Shown here piece after piece: positions 34,402 through 48,748 of a DNA stretch of 64,000 bases. Below the pieces are notes generated by a model. That model saw only the letters and a list, made by a program, of their open reading frames with translations. It did not search any database and had not been told where the DNA came from. Numbering within the stretch: the stretch's first letter is position 1; the number at the start of each line of letters is the position of its first letter. The DNA lies in the NCBI GenBank assembly GCA_017499595.2, contig CM039005.1, positions 1,550,001-1,614,000 on the forward strand, written 5' to 3'. The position numbers and the translations under genes were made by a program. This DNA comes from Psilocybe cubensis (Eukaryota).

Positions 34402-36380
34402 ATGGAATCGTACTCTGTTCCTGCCGAGAGCCTGAAATTGCTTCATGAAGGCATTATACAGAACCCGTTGCACGCTTTCTTGCCCACAGAAATCAAAGAG
34501 GCTTCAAAATACATCGAATTCATTGGTACAGATGATCCCAGCATTCCGATCAACTGGCGTTTTGCAGAAAGCATTTCTTCTATCAAGGGATTCCAGGCTT
34601 CAATGCTGAATGTCCTCTTGAAGAAAAAATATGGAGTTGACTATCAAAGGGTTGTCATTAACACGTATGTGCCTCCATGTTTCTCTTATCAGGTTCTGTG
34701 TATGACCGTTTCTGCTTTGTAGAGACCATGCACAACTGTTCATCATGTCCCAGTTTTTGCCTGTCATTGACCCTTTGGGAGAAAAGATAAGCCCTCGAGA
34801 TCTTGAGTACAGGAAGTATTTCCCGGATGGCGACATTTACAAAGGCATGGATGGGACTCCTTTGATAGCGGCAGCAACCAATATATACAAAACCAAGGAC
34901 GGGCGCTTCTATCACGTCCATAGTATGTTGTTATTATCGTCGCGTTTTTGCCTTCTCTAACCTATTTTGTATAGCTAGTATGAACGCCGGCCCCGTTGAA
35001 AGGGCATTGAAAGTCTTCCCCGAAGAAGAAAAAGTGACCGACTTCGCTGGAGGCTGCGCGGTGTACCAGGAGAAAGTATCCAAATTGACGGCCGAAGAAC
35101 TTGACACTCTCATGAACGACAAATATCGACAAGCAGGCACGATCTGCTGGTCCACCGAGGAGTATTTAAACTCTGAGCACGGAAAGGCGAACGCGCATGT
35201 GGGGTTGTACGAGTTGCATCATATCCCAAATCCCAAACAAGCGCCCGGGTGGTGGACACCCGTTGATGGCCGCACCTATCCATCGCGCCCCCTGTATGGG
35301 TTGAAAGTTCTCGAACTCGCGCGCATAATTGCTGCTCCCACTGTCACGCGTGATTTGGCTGAGTTAGGTGCCAGTGTCATGCGTATTACTTCTCCAGACG
35401 TCTCCGACTTGACAGTCCTGCTATGCGACCTTGCTTGGGGCAAATGGAATGCGCATCTTGACCTTACGAAGCCAGAAGATCGTTCCAGATTGAAAGCGCT
35501 TATTGAGGAAAGCGATGTAATCGTTGACGGTTACCGACCTGGAGCCATGGAAAAATGGGGATTTGGCAAAAATGATATTTTGGAGCTCTTCAAAGGGAAG
35601 GAAAGAGGCATTATCTACCTCCGCGAGAATTGTTATGGGTGGAATGGTCCTTGGGCTTATCGTTCTGGTTGGCAACAAATCAGCGATGCGGTAGGCTCTA
35701 CTTTCCATTTCGGATTTACCAAATGCTGAAGCATTCATAGTGTTGTGGCGTATCTTTGGAATATGGAAGGGCAATGGGTAACGATGAGCCAGTGACGCCT
35801 GGGTTCCCTAACTCCGATTGCAGGTAATTTTTGTGTCCTACTGAATCTGATAAACTTGACTGACCCCATCTAGTACTGGAGTAAGCGGAGCTACTGCAGT
35901 GCTTCAAGCACTGATAGAGAAGTCAGAGAAGGGTGGCTCGTTCGTCATTGATGTACGTGGAGCTTTCTGCAAAATGTGTTCCACGTTTGACTGTTTTCTA
36001 TAACATTTGGACAGGCTGCATTGAACTACTATTCTCAGTGGCTCGTCAACTCTTGCTCTACTTATCCCTCTGAGGTTTGGAAAAAAACATGGGCAAGTTA
36101 CGGAAACCCCGTATTTCGCAATACCGACAACATGGTCATAGTAACTCTTCCATCATACTTGCGCATGCTACAGGAGCACAAAGCCGCTGTTATGAATCCC
36201 GACTTCTTTGAGACTCGCGAAAACCGAGCTCTTGGAGTTCCTGTGAAAACAGTCAAGCCTATTCTTACGTTTCCAGAGGGCATGGTCAAACCTGGATATA
36301 ATATTGGCTCAAGGGGAAATGGAGTCGACCAGCCAATTTGGCCGGAGGATTTGGCTGAAGAAGTTGTTGGGCGCTACTGA
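34402..36380 (+). CDS. Family III CoA-transferase (CaiB/BaiF-like)
   Basis: PLYGLKVLELARIIAAP, DVIVDGYRPGAM, YGWNGPWAYRSGWQQISDA, PGFPNSD. The putative catalytic-site motif reads SDC here. Confidence 0.92.
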
Positions 36381-36776
36381 GCGGTAGCCATCAATGCGTG
36401 TGAACGTGCTGCCCATGGTGGCGCTTCACGAGTACTTGGTAATTGATCTTTGAGAACAGTTGTGACTGTGATACTTGTGACATCAATTTATGAATTTGAC
36501 TCTATTTGCGCAGTGATTGTATTCTTTTTGAACGATCCACTTGTGATACACGCCTTTGTTCCTCTGCCTTTTCTTCAAGGTATCGACTTTAAACCACCAT
36601 CTTTCCGTGAAGGCAATATCAAGCATAATTGCAAGCTCTCACTCTTGATACTCACCGACGTGCGACCTCCGCTTGTTAACACTTCTTTTCCATCCAGGCT
36701 GCGAGTGCACTGGCCACCCCGGCATCCTTTCTCTTTGCTATCTCACATTCGTGAACCTTGCCCAGGACTGAGAAAC

Positions 36777-39700
36777 ATGAACACTTCACCTGTGCAATGC
36801 GACACTCAACCACTTCTTCCTTCAAACACTGAGGTGAATCCGGTCCCCGAAACAAGCACTTCTGCTTCAGGGGCTGCGATTGGGAAAAGAAAAGAAAGGG
36901 ATGAAGGTGAGCATGGCACAAGGTCAGATTATGAATGGATAGCCGACACTAATGTTACGATATGGAAAGGAGAAGAGAGTGTATTGGAACACACATCCGA
37001 CGCGACGCCATCTTCGTCCTCTACAAACCCTAATGTTGAAGATTCCGACACGTCTGTTGTTAAATGCGAAGTGCACATTCCCAAGAAACCTCGTCTCGAT
37101 GCTGCAGCAGTTTCGGCTCAGACCGCACAGCTTTTTGAACCCGGTGGCTCCCTGGCTAGCAAGACCGATCCTTCTTCGTCTTTGGAATCTAAACCATGTG
37201 GCATTTTATCATTGCCATTGGAACTCCTGGCCGAAATCATGATACTGACAGGATCGCCTCAACACGTCCTTGCTACAGCAAGAACCTCCAAAACTTTATG
37301 CGACACACTGTTGAGTCCTGACGCCGAGTTCATCTGGCGCGAAGCTAGAAAAGGCTCTGGATGTGTATTTGAAGTTCAAAACTCTATGTTTGTACATCTC
37401 GGTAAAGAGACTTTTTCGCTACCTGAACCTCCAAAGCAATTTTTTGGAGAGCCTGCATATGCTGCCTTTGTATTTGATTCTGGCAACTGCGAAGTAAGTA
37501 ATGATGTTTGTGGTATGTATAATTCCTTTGCTTCGCTAATCGATTTTTCTATTTTTTCAGGCATGCGGTAATGAAACTGCAATGTTGTATCAATCATTTG
37601 CCCTCAGATTTCGACTGTGCAAGAAGGTATTGCTTCGTCGTTAATTATGTGAATCATCATCTAACCTCTTCTTGAAGCAATCTTGCGTATCATTGTCGTA
37701 CGTCAACGCTGTGAACATGTTCTGAATGCTGGTGTTTAGCTATCCAGCAGATCTCTAAAACCAGTGCGGCGTGGTGACAACAATATTGTTGATCCCGCAA
37801 CTGCGATTATACCAACAAACGAAGCTTCGTCTCTGGATGGTAATGTTTGTGTACATCGTTGACGCCTCTTAACTAAATGATCGCCCAAACTTCTACGGTA
37901 GATAAAGTTTCCTATAATTCTGGTTCTATCTGTAAGCCCTCCCTTTGATTCTCAAACGTTTATGTAAACCTGATAATGGACGAAGGGCCTAATACAACTA
38001 GATCATACTGCCGTCCAGCAGCATGGGAGGAAGCTGTCAGATTCCACTCTACGTATTCATCCAGAGACAATTACAACGAGGTCAGTTGAGACTATGTGGC
38101 CACTTTCATTGTTAAATCCTCATTATTATGTATTTAGATGTACAGGCGACGCCAAGAACGTAACTTGGAGTGGATGAAGGTCGGTCCACTTTTAAATGAA
38201 CAGACTTTGATAGACTGGGACGCTGACTTTTTCTAATTAGCTTTGTGTTCAGTTGTATAATTGGAATAGAGCGAGAACTTTGATCTTCAAGCGAAACGTA
38301 GAATCTAATGAAAATACGTTCGTACATATCACTTTTGATTATTGAGAGTCTCTGACCAGATACATAGGACCAAGATCTTAGCGTCCAAGTATGGTTGGGA
38401 ACGAGGAGAGCTTCTTAATACGGACTTTGGACACTACTTAAGATACAAAAACAAGGTTATCGAGAGGATCAATGAAATTGGTATGTTTCAATATCTTTCT
38501 TTTGGTTCTGTAATATATGCAATGCATCACTTACAACTGAATCAGACGTTAGAGTCCTGCGGGATAATATTGAATCCAGGCTTCTTGCTCTGACCGAAAA
38601 ACGCGATCGGAGAAACGGAGAAGTGGCCTTGATGAATGGCAGGAAAGATGTAGAAAAAGCGTATCAGCACCTTCGATCAAGCAAGGAGTATCCCTATCTT
38701 CCGTCTCTCGCGACGTTCCGTAAACTTCCCGTGGTAGCTATGCTACAGTCTGCTGAAACCCCATCATCGACCGGGACCGTTTTCGATTCATTGACCAAGG
38801 ATAAGACGGTTAAAGATCTTCTCATCAGTCAGCTGAAAAAGTGGGTCGACAGCGCCAAGAGCGACTTCGGTGTTATCCTCGGTTTCCCCAAGAATTGGAA
38901 GACCGCTAGCAAGAATATTTTACACCCTGTGGAGAGGGTAACAGCTCGTTTTTTGTGCACGCGATGCCCGAGGCTAGACACTAAATATCGGCCCGATGAA
39001 AGTCTTGATTTTGCGGGGGCATGTCTGCACGAATGTTTCGTCGGAAATGCAAAGCATGCTAGATTGAGGACAGGTAAAAAATCTGTTTGGGATTCGAAGA
39101 ATTTTGTTAAGGATGACAAGGTTTGTTGGCTGCATGGGAATGTCAGAGATAGCACTGATATCGAGTGTGCTTTTCAGGCTATCAATGTTTTGAAGAAAGC
39201 TGTCAGCGCTCTTGGTTTTGCTGAAGACCGGGACGGAGGCAACTACCTCCTCCAAGTTGGCTTCGCTCTTGTATGTACATCCTGCGACCCTTCCATGGTC
39301 TTAGATTCGCGCAGCATCGTGAGTTGTTCCCTCACAGCGTGAATCACTCACTGACGAGAGTAATTAGATTGGACATAGTCACCGACACGAAGATATGCAG
39401 TGTTCATTCACTACTCCCCTGGACGATATTGTCGGCTACATGGGCGGTTTCCCTTACGAATACGGACTAGTAAAGAAGCTCCTTGTCCCCACAACACCAC
39501 CACCCATAATCAAACAAGAGATCGATAAGAAGAATTATGGCTGCAGGCACTGTCTTAGGGACAAACAAGTCAAGGCTGCTGCTCTGGCTGCTGCCGCTTC
39601 TACTAATGACGATGCTACCGCAAACGGTGCCGCTCCAGGTATACCAGCTGCAGCAATACATCCTACTTCCGCGAGCGCCAATTTAGCGGCCATGCGTGGC

Positions 39701-39945
39701 CCTCAAATCCAGCTTTCTGCCTTGGTATATCGCCCGCATGATCTCGGAGTTGAAGGTCCACACGACAAACCCCCTCCTTTGACTAATTTCAACGGAATGA
39801 GGTCTCACTTAAAATCGAAGTAAGTCCTTTGCAAAGCTTTTTTGCCCTTGTTCTCGGCTCACCATTCTCTTATTGCAGGCACGGGATTGAGAATATACGT
39901 GACGAGGATATATTTTGTTTTGCTCAACCCGGACTAGATACCTAA
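36777..39945 (+). CDS. F-box domain protein, basidiomycete-type, multi-exon
   Basis: F-box LSLPLELLAEIMILTGSPQHVLATARTSKTLCDTLLSP...IWREAR; downstream CxxC pairs (CTRC, CTSC, CRHC) and C-terminal FNGMRSHLKSKHGI. Confidence 0.8.
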
Positions 39946-40281
39946 CTCGCTTTTGATACTTTCATGGCTGTACAATACCATTATTTAGCCATGGTTGGTT
40001 GCCGAATTGTCTTGACATTTTAGCTTGAGAGGCTGACTGCTCGTCGCAGCTTTTAGCTCAGCGGTCAGCCCAAATTACAATTTGATGCGATAAGTAGAGG
40101 CTAGAAGTTGTGATCGGGTTTACTTACGTCATATTCTATTGAGCATGTCAGGGAGGAAAACAGATTTGGTACGCCACCTCGTCGACTGTTAAAAGAGACG
40201 TTTGCCGACTGCCTCGCCTTGTCAGAAAACTTCGTTGTTTCCCCCCCAACTATTCCAGTAAACCGTATTGCCAACCTCACC

Positions 40282-42800
40282 ATGGTGGCGTACCACACAT
40301 TCATTTTTGCTCTTGGAGCTTTCCTCTCATTACCTCAAGACGTGTGTGCCAACTATGTTCAGAAGCAAGGTCTTGTTGCACCTCCCCAAGCATCTCAGTA
40401 CAAAGATGCTGTCAAGGCGATGTTCACGGATAGTTATTCCGTTTACAAGTTCGTTCATTTTTTTTCGTCATTTACTTGCCGACTAATGTTCCGTCAGACA
40501 ATATGCTTGGGGTCATGACGATGTGTCCCCAATCAGTAAAAGTTTGTCTCCATCGATACCTAACCCATCCTTGAATACCTGACTCACCCAACTGATTAAA
40601 AGGTTTTCGTGACGGTCGTAATGGATGGGGTAGGTTCTGTCGGTCATATTTTATCATTACTTACAGGAACGTTTGGAATTATAAATAGGTGCTTCTATTG
40701 TTGATGCGATGACCACGATGGTGAGTGCTTCTTAACATAACATGGCGAGATATATGGTCGGTAATGACTTCTTTGACGCATTTATATCTCGTTTTAGAAA
40801 ATAATGGATCTTGATGTGAGCAATCTTGTCCTTATATTTTCAATTGCTGACACGTCCTGGTAATACTATAGGACCTCTTCCTTGAAGCAGTGGAATTTGC
40901 ATCGAATATCGACTTCAGCGAATCGAACACGGAGGATACTGTCAGGTAACTCAAGTGTTTCGACTGCTTTTACTCCGCCATAAACCTTTTCGCTGTATAG
41001 TGTGTTCGAATCCACCATTCGGTACATAGGAGGACTTCTAAGTTCTTATGAACTCAGTGGAAAACAGTACCCAGCTCTTGTGAATAAAGCGAAGCAGTTA
41101 GCGGATAAGTTATCCTTCGCTTGGGTTGGGGTAAATATATCTCTCGAAACCTTGAACATCACTGCCTGATATTTTCTGCATTCCAGACAAATGACATTCC
41201 TTTCGGTCACATTGATTTTAGCAACGATACTCCCCAAAACGAAGTTGTGAGTCTAAACTTTTCAAAAGTCATGGACATTGTTTAATACTGTCTTCGAAGA
41301 CCAACATCGCAGAAGCTGGAACTGTATGTTGGATGTCCTACAATATTTGGTTGTCTTGTCTAATTGAATCTAGCTAACCCTTGAATGGGCGGTTCTTAGC
41401 AAATATGTCGGGGATGACAAGTACAGGAAACTTGCTGAGAAGTCGGCCCGACACATTGTTCAAGGGCCTGCCCCTCTCCCGGGGCTTCCTGGCCAAGGAG
41501 TTGATCCAGCTTCCGGCCTGCCTGTTGGAAAATATGTTGTGAGTATATATACGTTACACGTAATGGAATTGTATTGTTTTGATATCTCCGTCAACAGACA
41601 TGGGGAGGGGGCTCTGACAGTTATTTCGAATATCTTATCAAATATCCTCGTCTTAATAATACCCTCGATGCTCTTTTTGTGGATTCCTGGAGAACGGCGG
41701 TCGATTCATCAATTCATACTCTACTCAAAGTGCGTGCTTTTTGAAAGTGTTTTTTTTTTCAACTCGGATTAAAGATTTTTATAGCGCTCGACAGTGGGCA
41801 ACTATACCTATTTGGCTGACTACGATGATAATGGAAACATCGTTCATATAAGCTCACATCTGGCTTGCTTCCATGGTGGAAATTGGTTACTTGGTAAGTT
41901 TAGCATTACATCCCATTTGGTTGTTACTTAACGAATTTATAAAGGTGGTCGACTTCTCAAAAATCAGACATTGGTTGACATAGGCCTCGATCTTGTTGAC
42001 GCTTGTTGGAACACTTATACCTCCACTTCGTGGGTCCTCCTTTCCAATGCTATTTCTCTCTTTTAATTTCTCATAGCACTGGAATTGGTCCTGAGGTCTT
42101 CGCATTCCGGTCGGCTGACGGTGGATATACCGGGGGCAACCCAATGACACTGTCGCAGTCCACTTTCTATCAAGAACACGGATTTTATACCACCGTAGCT
42201 GACTACGTACTCCGGCCCGAGGTTTTGGAGTCTAACTTTTACGCATGGAGAGTAACGGGCGATAGCAAATACGTCGACCGAGCCATCGCTGCCGTGCAGA
42301 GCTTCCAAAAATATCTCAAAGTACCAGGAAACGGAGTTACTGGGTACGCCGGTCTTATGGATGTTAATGACAGCAGTTCAGACAGGGTTGACGACACGGA
42401 GAGCTTCTGGTTTGCAGAGGTTCTTAAGTATCTGTACGTTCTACAATTCTTTGTTCCAATTTTCGCAACCTCAACAATGTGTCAAACCTACCAGGTACTT
42501 GACACTCGACGATCCATCGAAAATTAGTTTGGATAAATGTTTGTGGCTTGTCTTTTCTTTGGCTACGTTGGCTGACATGGTTGTCTTTCTTTAACAGATG
42601 TCTTCAATACAGAGGCGCATCCATTCGAGGTACCTGCTGCCGCTGACACTTATGGTTCTGGTGGGTATGTTCCTCACAACCCCCCTACCCAAACTGCCCC
42701 GGGTACTTTACCGCTTGTTAGCTCTCTCCCTGCGATACCGAAATTAACAGATTACGGCCTGCTGAACGCTGTGGCAAATGGAATAGCGGCTATTCTGTAG
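40282..42800 (+). CDS. GH47 class I alpha-1,2-mannosidase, signal-peptide type (copy 1)
   Basis: AWGHDDVSP, NGWGASIVDA, VFESTIRYIGGLLS, NIAEAGTLTLE, WGGGSDSYFEYL, SHLACFHGG, YVLRPEVLES, TESFWFAEVLKY, VFNTEAHP. Confidence 0.95.
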
Positions 42801-43182
42801 TCCGCACAGTCAATTTGATTGTCGCCTTTGGGTGTTTTGTCGTATATATGGGTCTGAACTCATTTGAAGAAATACCAAAAAGCCAATTTCGTCTATCAGT
42901 CCCGTCATATCGTACGATCGAACTAAATTGGTGGGCGCCTAATTGAAGTTCTTCTGGCCAAGATACAGCTTCAATCATCTAGTATTTGACCTGCAGTGCC
43001 TCATATGTTACATCATCACTACTGACACTAAAATAATAAACCTGTAGCCTTTTCTAAAGGGGGAACGAATCCCCGTGAACAGGGTTCACGTGCGAAGTTG
43101 AAAACAGAACATAAAGGATCGTCAAATGTTTGTCCATCTAATGTAATAAAGGGAAAAAATTAAAAATAAATAAGCGCCTAAA

Positions 43183-43976
43183 TCAAGCCATCACCAACGC
43201 AATTCCAGCAACAACTCCAAATGTGATACCGGCAATGTTTTGCTTAATGGCGAATCCCGTGCTGGGTTGGCTGTCGTCGGTCTTCGAATTCGCTTGCAGG
43301 GCATTTGCACTTGATTGTGATGCCCCCGTAGATGTGGCAGATACCGTTCCTTTGGGGGCATCACCGTATGGGCTGCAAACTGGCAATCCGGACGGGTACC
43401 CGGTAAGAATGGGAGTAGGAGAGGCATAAACTGTCGAAACGGTGGCGTTTGCCGTGATGAGAGTCGCGTACACGATGCTGGTCAAAGGGCGAGTGATGTA
43501 GACAGAATCTGCTGAAGCCGAGCTAGTACTGACTGAGTACCTGACACTTGACAGTGTGGCGTAGGCACTATTTGTGACGGAACTACCGAAGTCCACAGGT
43601 AGAGAAGATGTGACGATAGTGGGGACTGCTGAAGCGGACGATGTATAACCGTAAGTTGCGTTGGGATTATAATAAGAGGTGCTGGAGATATTATAGTTTG
43701 GGAATCCCGATGATGTAGATGCGTACGCCCCTCTGCTCGAAGTAGCATTGACATACACCACACAGGTATAAATTGGCGGGGCAAAGCTGGTGGTGGATGT
43801 TCCGCTGACGGTGTAATTGTGTGCAGCTGAGGTGGTGCTAACAGAGACTGGACTATTATTGCTATACAAGAATAAAATATTAGTATATCGAATTTGCCGT
43901 GAGGGAAATAGACGTACGTCGCGGCAGCGGTGGTTATCAAGGCCAGTAAAATCGTAGAAAAAACGGGGGAAAACAT
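43183..43976 (-). CDS. Ser/Thr-rich secreted, probably GPI-anchored cell-surface protein
   Basis: Signal peptide MFSPVFSTILLALITTAAA, one intron (~43919-43863), S/T/Y-rich body, hydrophobic C-terminus STGFAIKQNIAGITFGVVAGIALVMA. Confidence 0.8.
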
Positions 43977-46176
43977 AATACTTTAGATATATGTAATGAG
44001 AAAAGATCTGGAATGAAAGTATCTGAAGCGAAAGTAGGATGTCTCAACAAGCTACGAACAGCAGTCCCTTTAATACTGTCGTCTAGTCCGTCAGCACTCC
44101 TACAAGGGGTAGCTGACAATGGAACACAACACCTCGAACACGCGTATCATGTTCCCATTGTAGGATTATTCGGTGAATCAAGGCCGGACAACACTGAATC
44201 ATCTACCGACGAAGACAATCCTCTACTGCCAAGTACGTTGACTCTGCCTTTCAATGACGACGTCTGTTGAAGAGATGTAGCTTTTGTACATCCTCATCGG
44301 TCAGGTTGAGTTGGTTGTGGAAAAAAATTGGAGATAATCATTCAAGATAAATCTCACTCGGAGACATGTCGATCTATTCAAGAGCTTCTATCGGTATCCA
44401 GGTACTGAGCTTCAAGTTTCGTAATTATTCATGCTGATCCCGCAGCACATCCTGGTGAGCAACAACTATAGATCAGTCCGACAGATCAACGCTTTATCAT
44501 CTTGATCTACACTAGATATGCATGGTTCGTAGTGGAGAATTAGTTGCTGCTCTGCGGTCTCGATGATTCAAAGAGTTCAATTTACCTCACCTGGGTTGGA
44601 GGGTTTCTCCTTGCATGTAATTTACTTCAACTGGTTCTTATGGAAAAGGGATATATTGGATAAGATTATTCAATACCTATGCGCATTACGGGTAAATACG
44701 TCGAGACAGGGGATAGAGTACCCCCATAAATTTCATCAATCCGCAGTCATGCGAACAGGATACATCAAAAAGTAATTCCTGTCGGAAAGTTCGATAAATA
44801 TGGAATAAAAGATATACGACCAATAGTATGCATAGTTGATCCGGTACCTTGTAGTATTTTACCTGCAACTGATTTGCTACTTTGGACCTGTCACTGCCAG
44901 CCTGAGGGGATCTGATTCAGAAGCAGGTAGCTAATTTGTGGACAAAGCTTTTTGAAACACCATTGCTTTTCCTGTTGCTAGTTGGATATATGGTAAGTCT
45001 TCAATTATGGTTAAGCGCCGCAGCACTAGTGCGCCTACAACAACGACAGCACCGTCTTGAACGTTGGTCCTGGAACCGCAGCAATGAAAATAAATTGATC
45101 AATTGATGCAAACCAGAACCTGTTTCAGGCTCTTATATGATTATATAACTCAGTTTCAGTCGGAGATACAATAAAGATCACGTGAGATGACGATGTTGAC
45201 GGTTGTCTTCGGGCACGCGATCGGCTCGTCGGGCCTCTCCTCGTTCTCAACCATCCAAGTCATTGTCCCCCCACGCTGCCAGTAGCGATACATATAACCT
45301 CAAATCTACAATTAGGACGGCAATTGTACTACGCTCACATCTTTCTTTGTCACTTGATCGTTTGGCTTCCCCATCCAAGCTTCTGAATTGACGAAAATTC
45401 TTTGGTTGAATTTCGTTCTGTATTCTTTGTCTCCCGAAATGTGTGGCATGGTTACAGTGTATCTCAACTGTTGACCGACTGACTTACCGATAATGCTAGA
45501 GCACAATGGCATCTATGCTGACTCTCATGTCATCGAAAAATTGATCGAAATGGAACAACGTATCGTCATTTTCTTAGTCTTTTTGTTACACCTGCTTGAA
45601 TATCATCAAGTTTTTTTAAGGTTCTATACCTTCCTAATAGCAATTACCATGCGTCTAGCAAGATCACGAGATTTTTCCATGTGGGGGTGGTGAGAACTGA
45701 AGTGGATTTCATCCCTCTTGATGTATGAGGGACCGCTGCGAGCCGATATGTTACCACCGCTTTCCGGCATCTACAACATCGACCCTCTCGAGGACTTCAT
45801 CAACCACTGCGTCCTGTTCAATCCACATTGCTTGCTTCCATGTCGCTATTGTCCTAAAACAGGTATACAGGATGGACTTGCATGCACAGACCCAATACTT
45901 GTAGTAGTAGACCTCCGCAACCGCCCAATGAAACCCATCCACGCGTTCGAGACAACAACTGCTTCTTTCGATCCCATGGAACTGATCTGGGGAACCGGCG
46001 CACCGTGGTCTAACCTTGGACATTCCTTTGATTTATCGAAGCCTGGTTTAGATCGAAGTGAGAGCTAAAAATACAAATCATGAAAGTGCAAGCTCACAGA
46101 TAGAACCAGTGCTGCACATATAAAAGTTGGTCGGATATGCTGTCAATCCCCCACCCTTGAAGTTCCAGGTTCTATC

Positions 46177-48748
46177 ATGAAGTTACTTCGCCAGTCATCG
46201 ATCCAGCTTCTTCTGACTACGGCCACTTTTGCGGCTCCTGTTCAACACCCGGGCATCGTTCTGCCGCCTAGTGCTCGTGGTAACCGCGACGCTGTCCAAA
46301 AAATCTTCACCGACAGCTATGCAGCTTACAAGTTAGTTTCACCGATACCTGTTAAATTCGTACTCCAACTCACTTCCTTGTCACTAAGGAAATTTGCTTT
46401 TGGTCATGATGATCTCTCTCCTTTAAGTCAATGTAATGGTCTATAGTATACTCAAAGACCACCAAGACTCATCATTCTCTAGCATTCTCCGACGGTCGTA
46501 ATGGCTGGGGTAAGTGTATAATCCAATAATATCCATTCGTCAACTTACACACCACAAAACCAGGCGCCACAATCGTCGATGCTATGAGTACAATGGTGGG
46601 TGGTAGACCTATCGTTCGACAACCGGTAATATATAAACCCTGACCGTTTTTGGTTCTAGCATATCATGGGGCTGAACGTGAGATCCGTTTCTTCTGACAT
46701 CATATTCACGCGACTAAGCCCCGCGCTCAGGATCTATTTGAAGAAGCCGTCAACTTCTCGAGCAAAATAGATTTCAGCAAATCCCAGACACCTGATACTG
46801 TTAGGTCAGCATTTTCATTTCAAAGTCTGATTTGTACTGCAAGCTCATGCACGTCTTATAGTATATTCGAGACCACCATTCGCTATCTCGGAGGTCTCCT
46901 GAGCTCGTATGAGCTAAGTAATCAACAATTCCCGATTCTCCTCGAGAAAGCGAAAGAGGTAGGGGATAAACTCACCTTTGGTTGGGTAGGGGTGCGTACA
47001 AGTTGTCTTTGATTAATTCCATTGACTTTAATCATCAATAAGTGCAGAATAACGATGTTCCATTTGGGTTCCTTGATTTCTCGACGAATACGCCCAATAT
47101 TGGAAGCACCGTAAGTCCTGAGGATGGAGCTTTGGGCACCTTTTGAATATCTTTTTTTAGTCCAACATTGCCGAAGCAGGCACCGTAAGCTTTAATACAG
47201 CGCTTCCCAGGTCTCAATGAATAACTTTGTTCTAGCTAACTCTTGAATTCGAAACCCTTAGCAAGCATACAGGTAACCAAACGTATGCGAATTTGGCCCT
47301 CAAGTCTGTGACCCACATCGCGAATCTTGTAAGTATTGTGATGCTGATTTTTCAAACTAGACATCTAATCTCAACCTATTTATGATTATAGCCGGCCCCT
47401 CTACCAGGTCAATAAATATATGTGTAACGGTCCGCTTGCTTGACTGATGGTCGCCCAGGTTTGGCTGCCCAAGGCATTGATCCGGATAACGGGCAGTTTG
47501 TAGGCGGCTACGTCGTAAGTTTCTGCTCCTTATACGCATGTCAAATCAACTTAGCCTGGGTACCAAAGACTTGGGGAGGAGGATCCGATAGTTATTTTGA
47601 ATACCTCATCAAGCACGCTCGCCTGTCAAATACCAACGACAACTTGTTTGCAGATACGTGGCACACCGCTGTTGACTCTTCTATTAAGACCTTGCTGCGG
47701 GTATGATTTGGAAATGACCTTCATACTTTTTTCTAACCGCTTCTGTCATTCACACAGACCTCAACGGTCGGAAACCACGTCTATCTTGCGGACTTCGATG
47801 ACTCCAGGACAATCCGCCATATCGGCTCTCACCTGGCTTGCTTCCACGGAGGGAATTGGCTACTTGGTATGGATTCTTTTGGTTATTGGATATACATCTC
47901 TTTCTCTTTCTAATCTATACAAGGTGGACGCATGTTAAACAACGACACCATCGTCAAAGTTGCGCTCGACTTGATAGACGGGTGCTGGAACACCTATGCT
48001 GGGGATGCGTAAGTCTTCAATTCTCACGAGCTTCCTGTTCGCCACATGCTAAGACAATTACGATTACCTATAGTACTGGGATTGGTCCAGAAGCCTTTGC
48101 ATTCATTTCTTCAGACGGGAACTTCACTGGAAACGGTCTTCCTAGCGCCGATCAACTAGCATTTTACGAGCAGCACGGCTACTATATCACAGCCTCCGAT
48201 TATATCCTTCGCCCAGAAGTTCTTGAATCCAACTTCTATGCTTTCCGCGTAACTGGTGACTCTAAATACCTGGACCGTGCAGCAAGTGCGGTAGCCAGCT
48301 TCAACAAATTCTTGCAGACACCCACAGGCTTTGCTGGTTTGAACGACGTCAATGACGTCAACTCCAGCAAAATCGACGACACTGAGAGTTTCTGGTTCGC
48401 CGAAGTTCTAAAATATTTGTGAGTCCATCGTTACTATGAATTTTCCTCTCTTTGTTAATCAACGGGTACCTTTATTTCAAGATACCTCACATTTGACGAC
48501 CCCAACCACATTAGCCTTGATAATTGTACGTTGCATTTGATTACTATCCTTTACCTACTGTTTACTAACTTCTTAAAGTTGTCTTCAATACTGAGGCACA
48601 CCCATTCGTTGCTCCACCAGCCAAACCAGTCTATGGCAGTACTATCAGGCCACCAACTGCTCCCTTCACGCTAAGGAAGGGACCTCCTTTGCCAGCCATC
48701 AGTCCAAACCCCAAACTTCCTCAACCCATCAAGGTCCCTCCTCAGTAA
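46177..48748 (+). CDS. GH47 class I alpha-1,2-mannosidase, signal-peptide type (copy 2)
   Basis: Same motif series (FAFGHDDLSP, FETTIRYLGGLLS, YILRPEVLES, TESFWFAEVLKY, VFNTEAHP); TATA-like TATAAAA at ~46119; Pro-rich tail; stop at 48746-48748. Confidence 0.95.

Noticed and set aside
36450-36776. N-terminal extension of the F-box ORF
   Set aside because: Begins at TTG immediately after the CoA-transferase gene; the first ATG is at 36777.
40044-40075. tRNA A-box-like TAGCTCAGCGGTCAGC
   Set aside because: No B box or T arm and no cloverleaf.
45718-46068. 116-aa ORF upstream of GH47 copy 2
   Set aside because: No recognisable motif or splice support, and it runs into the GH47 promoter.
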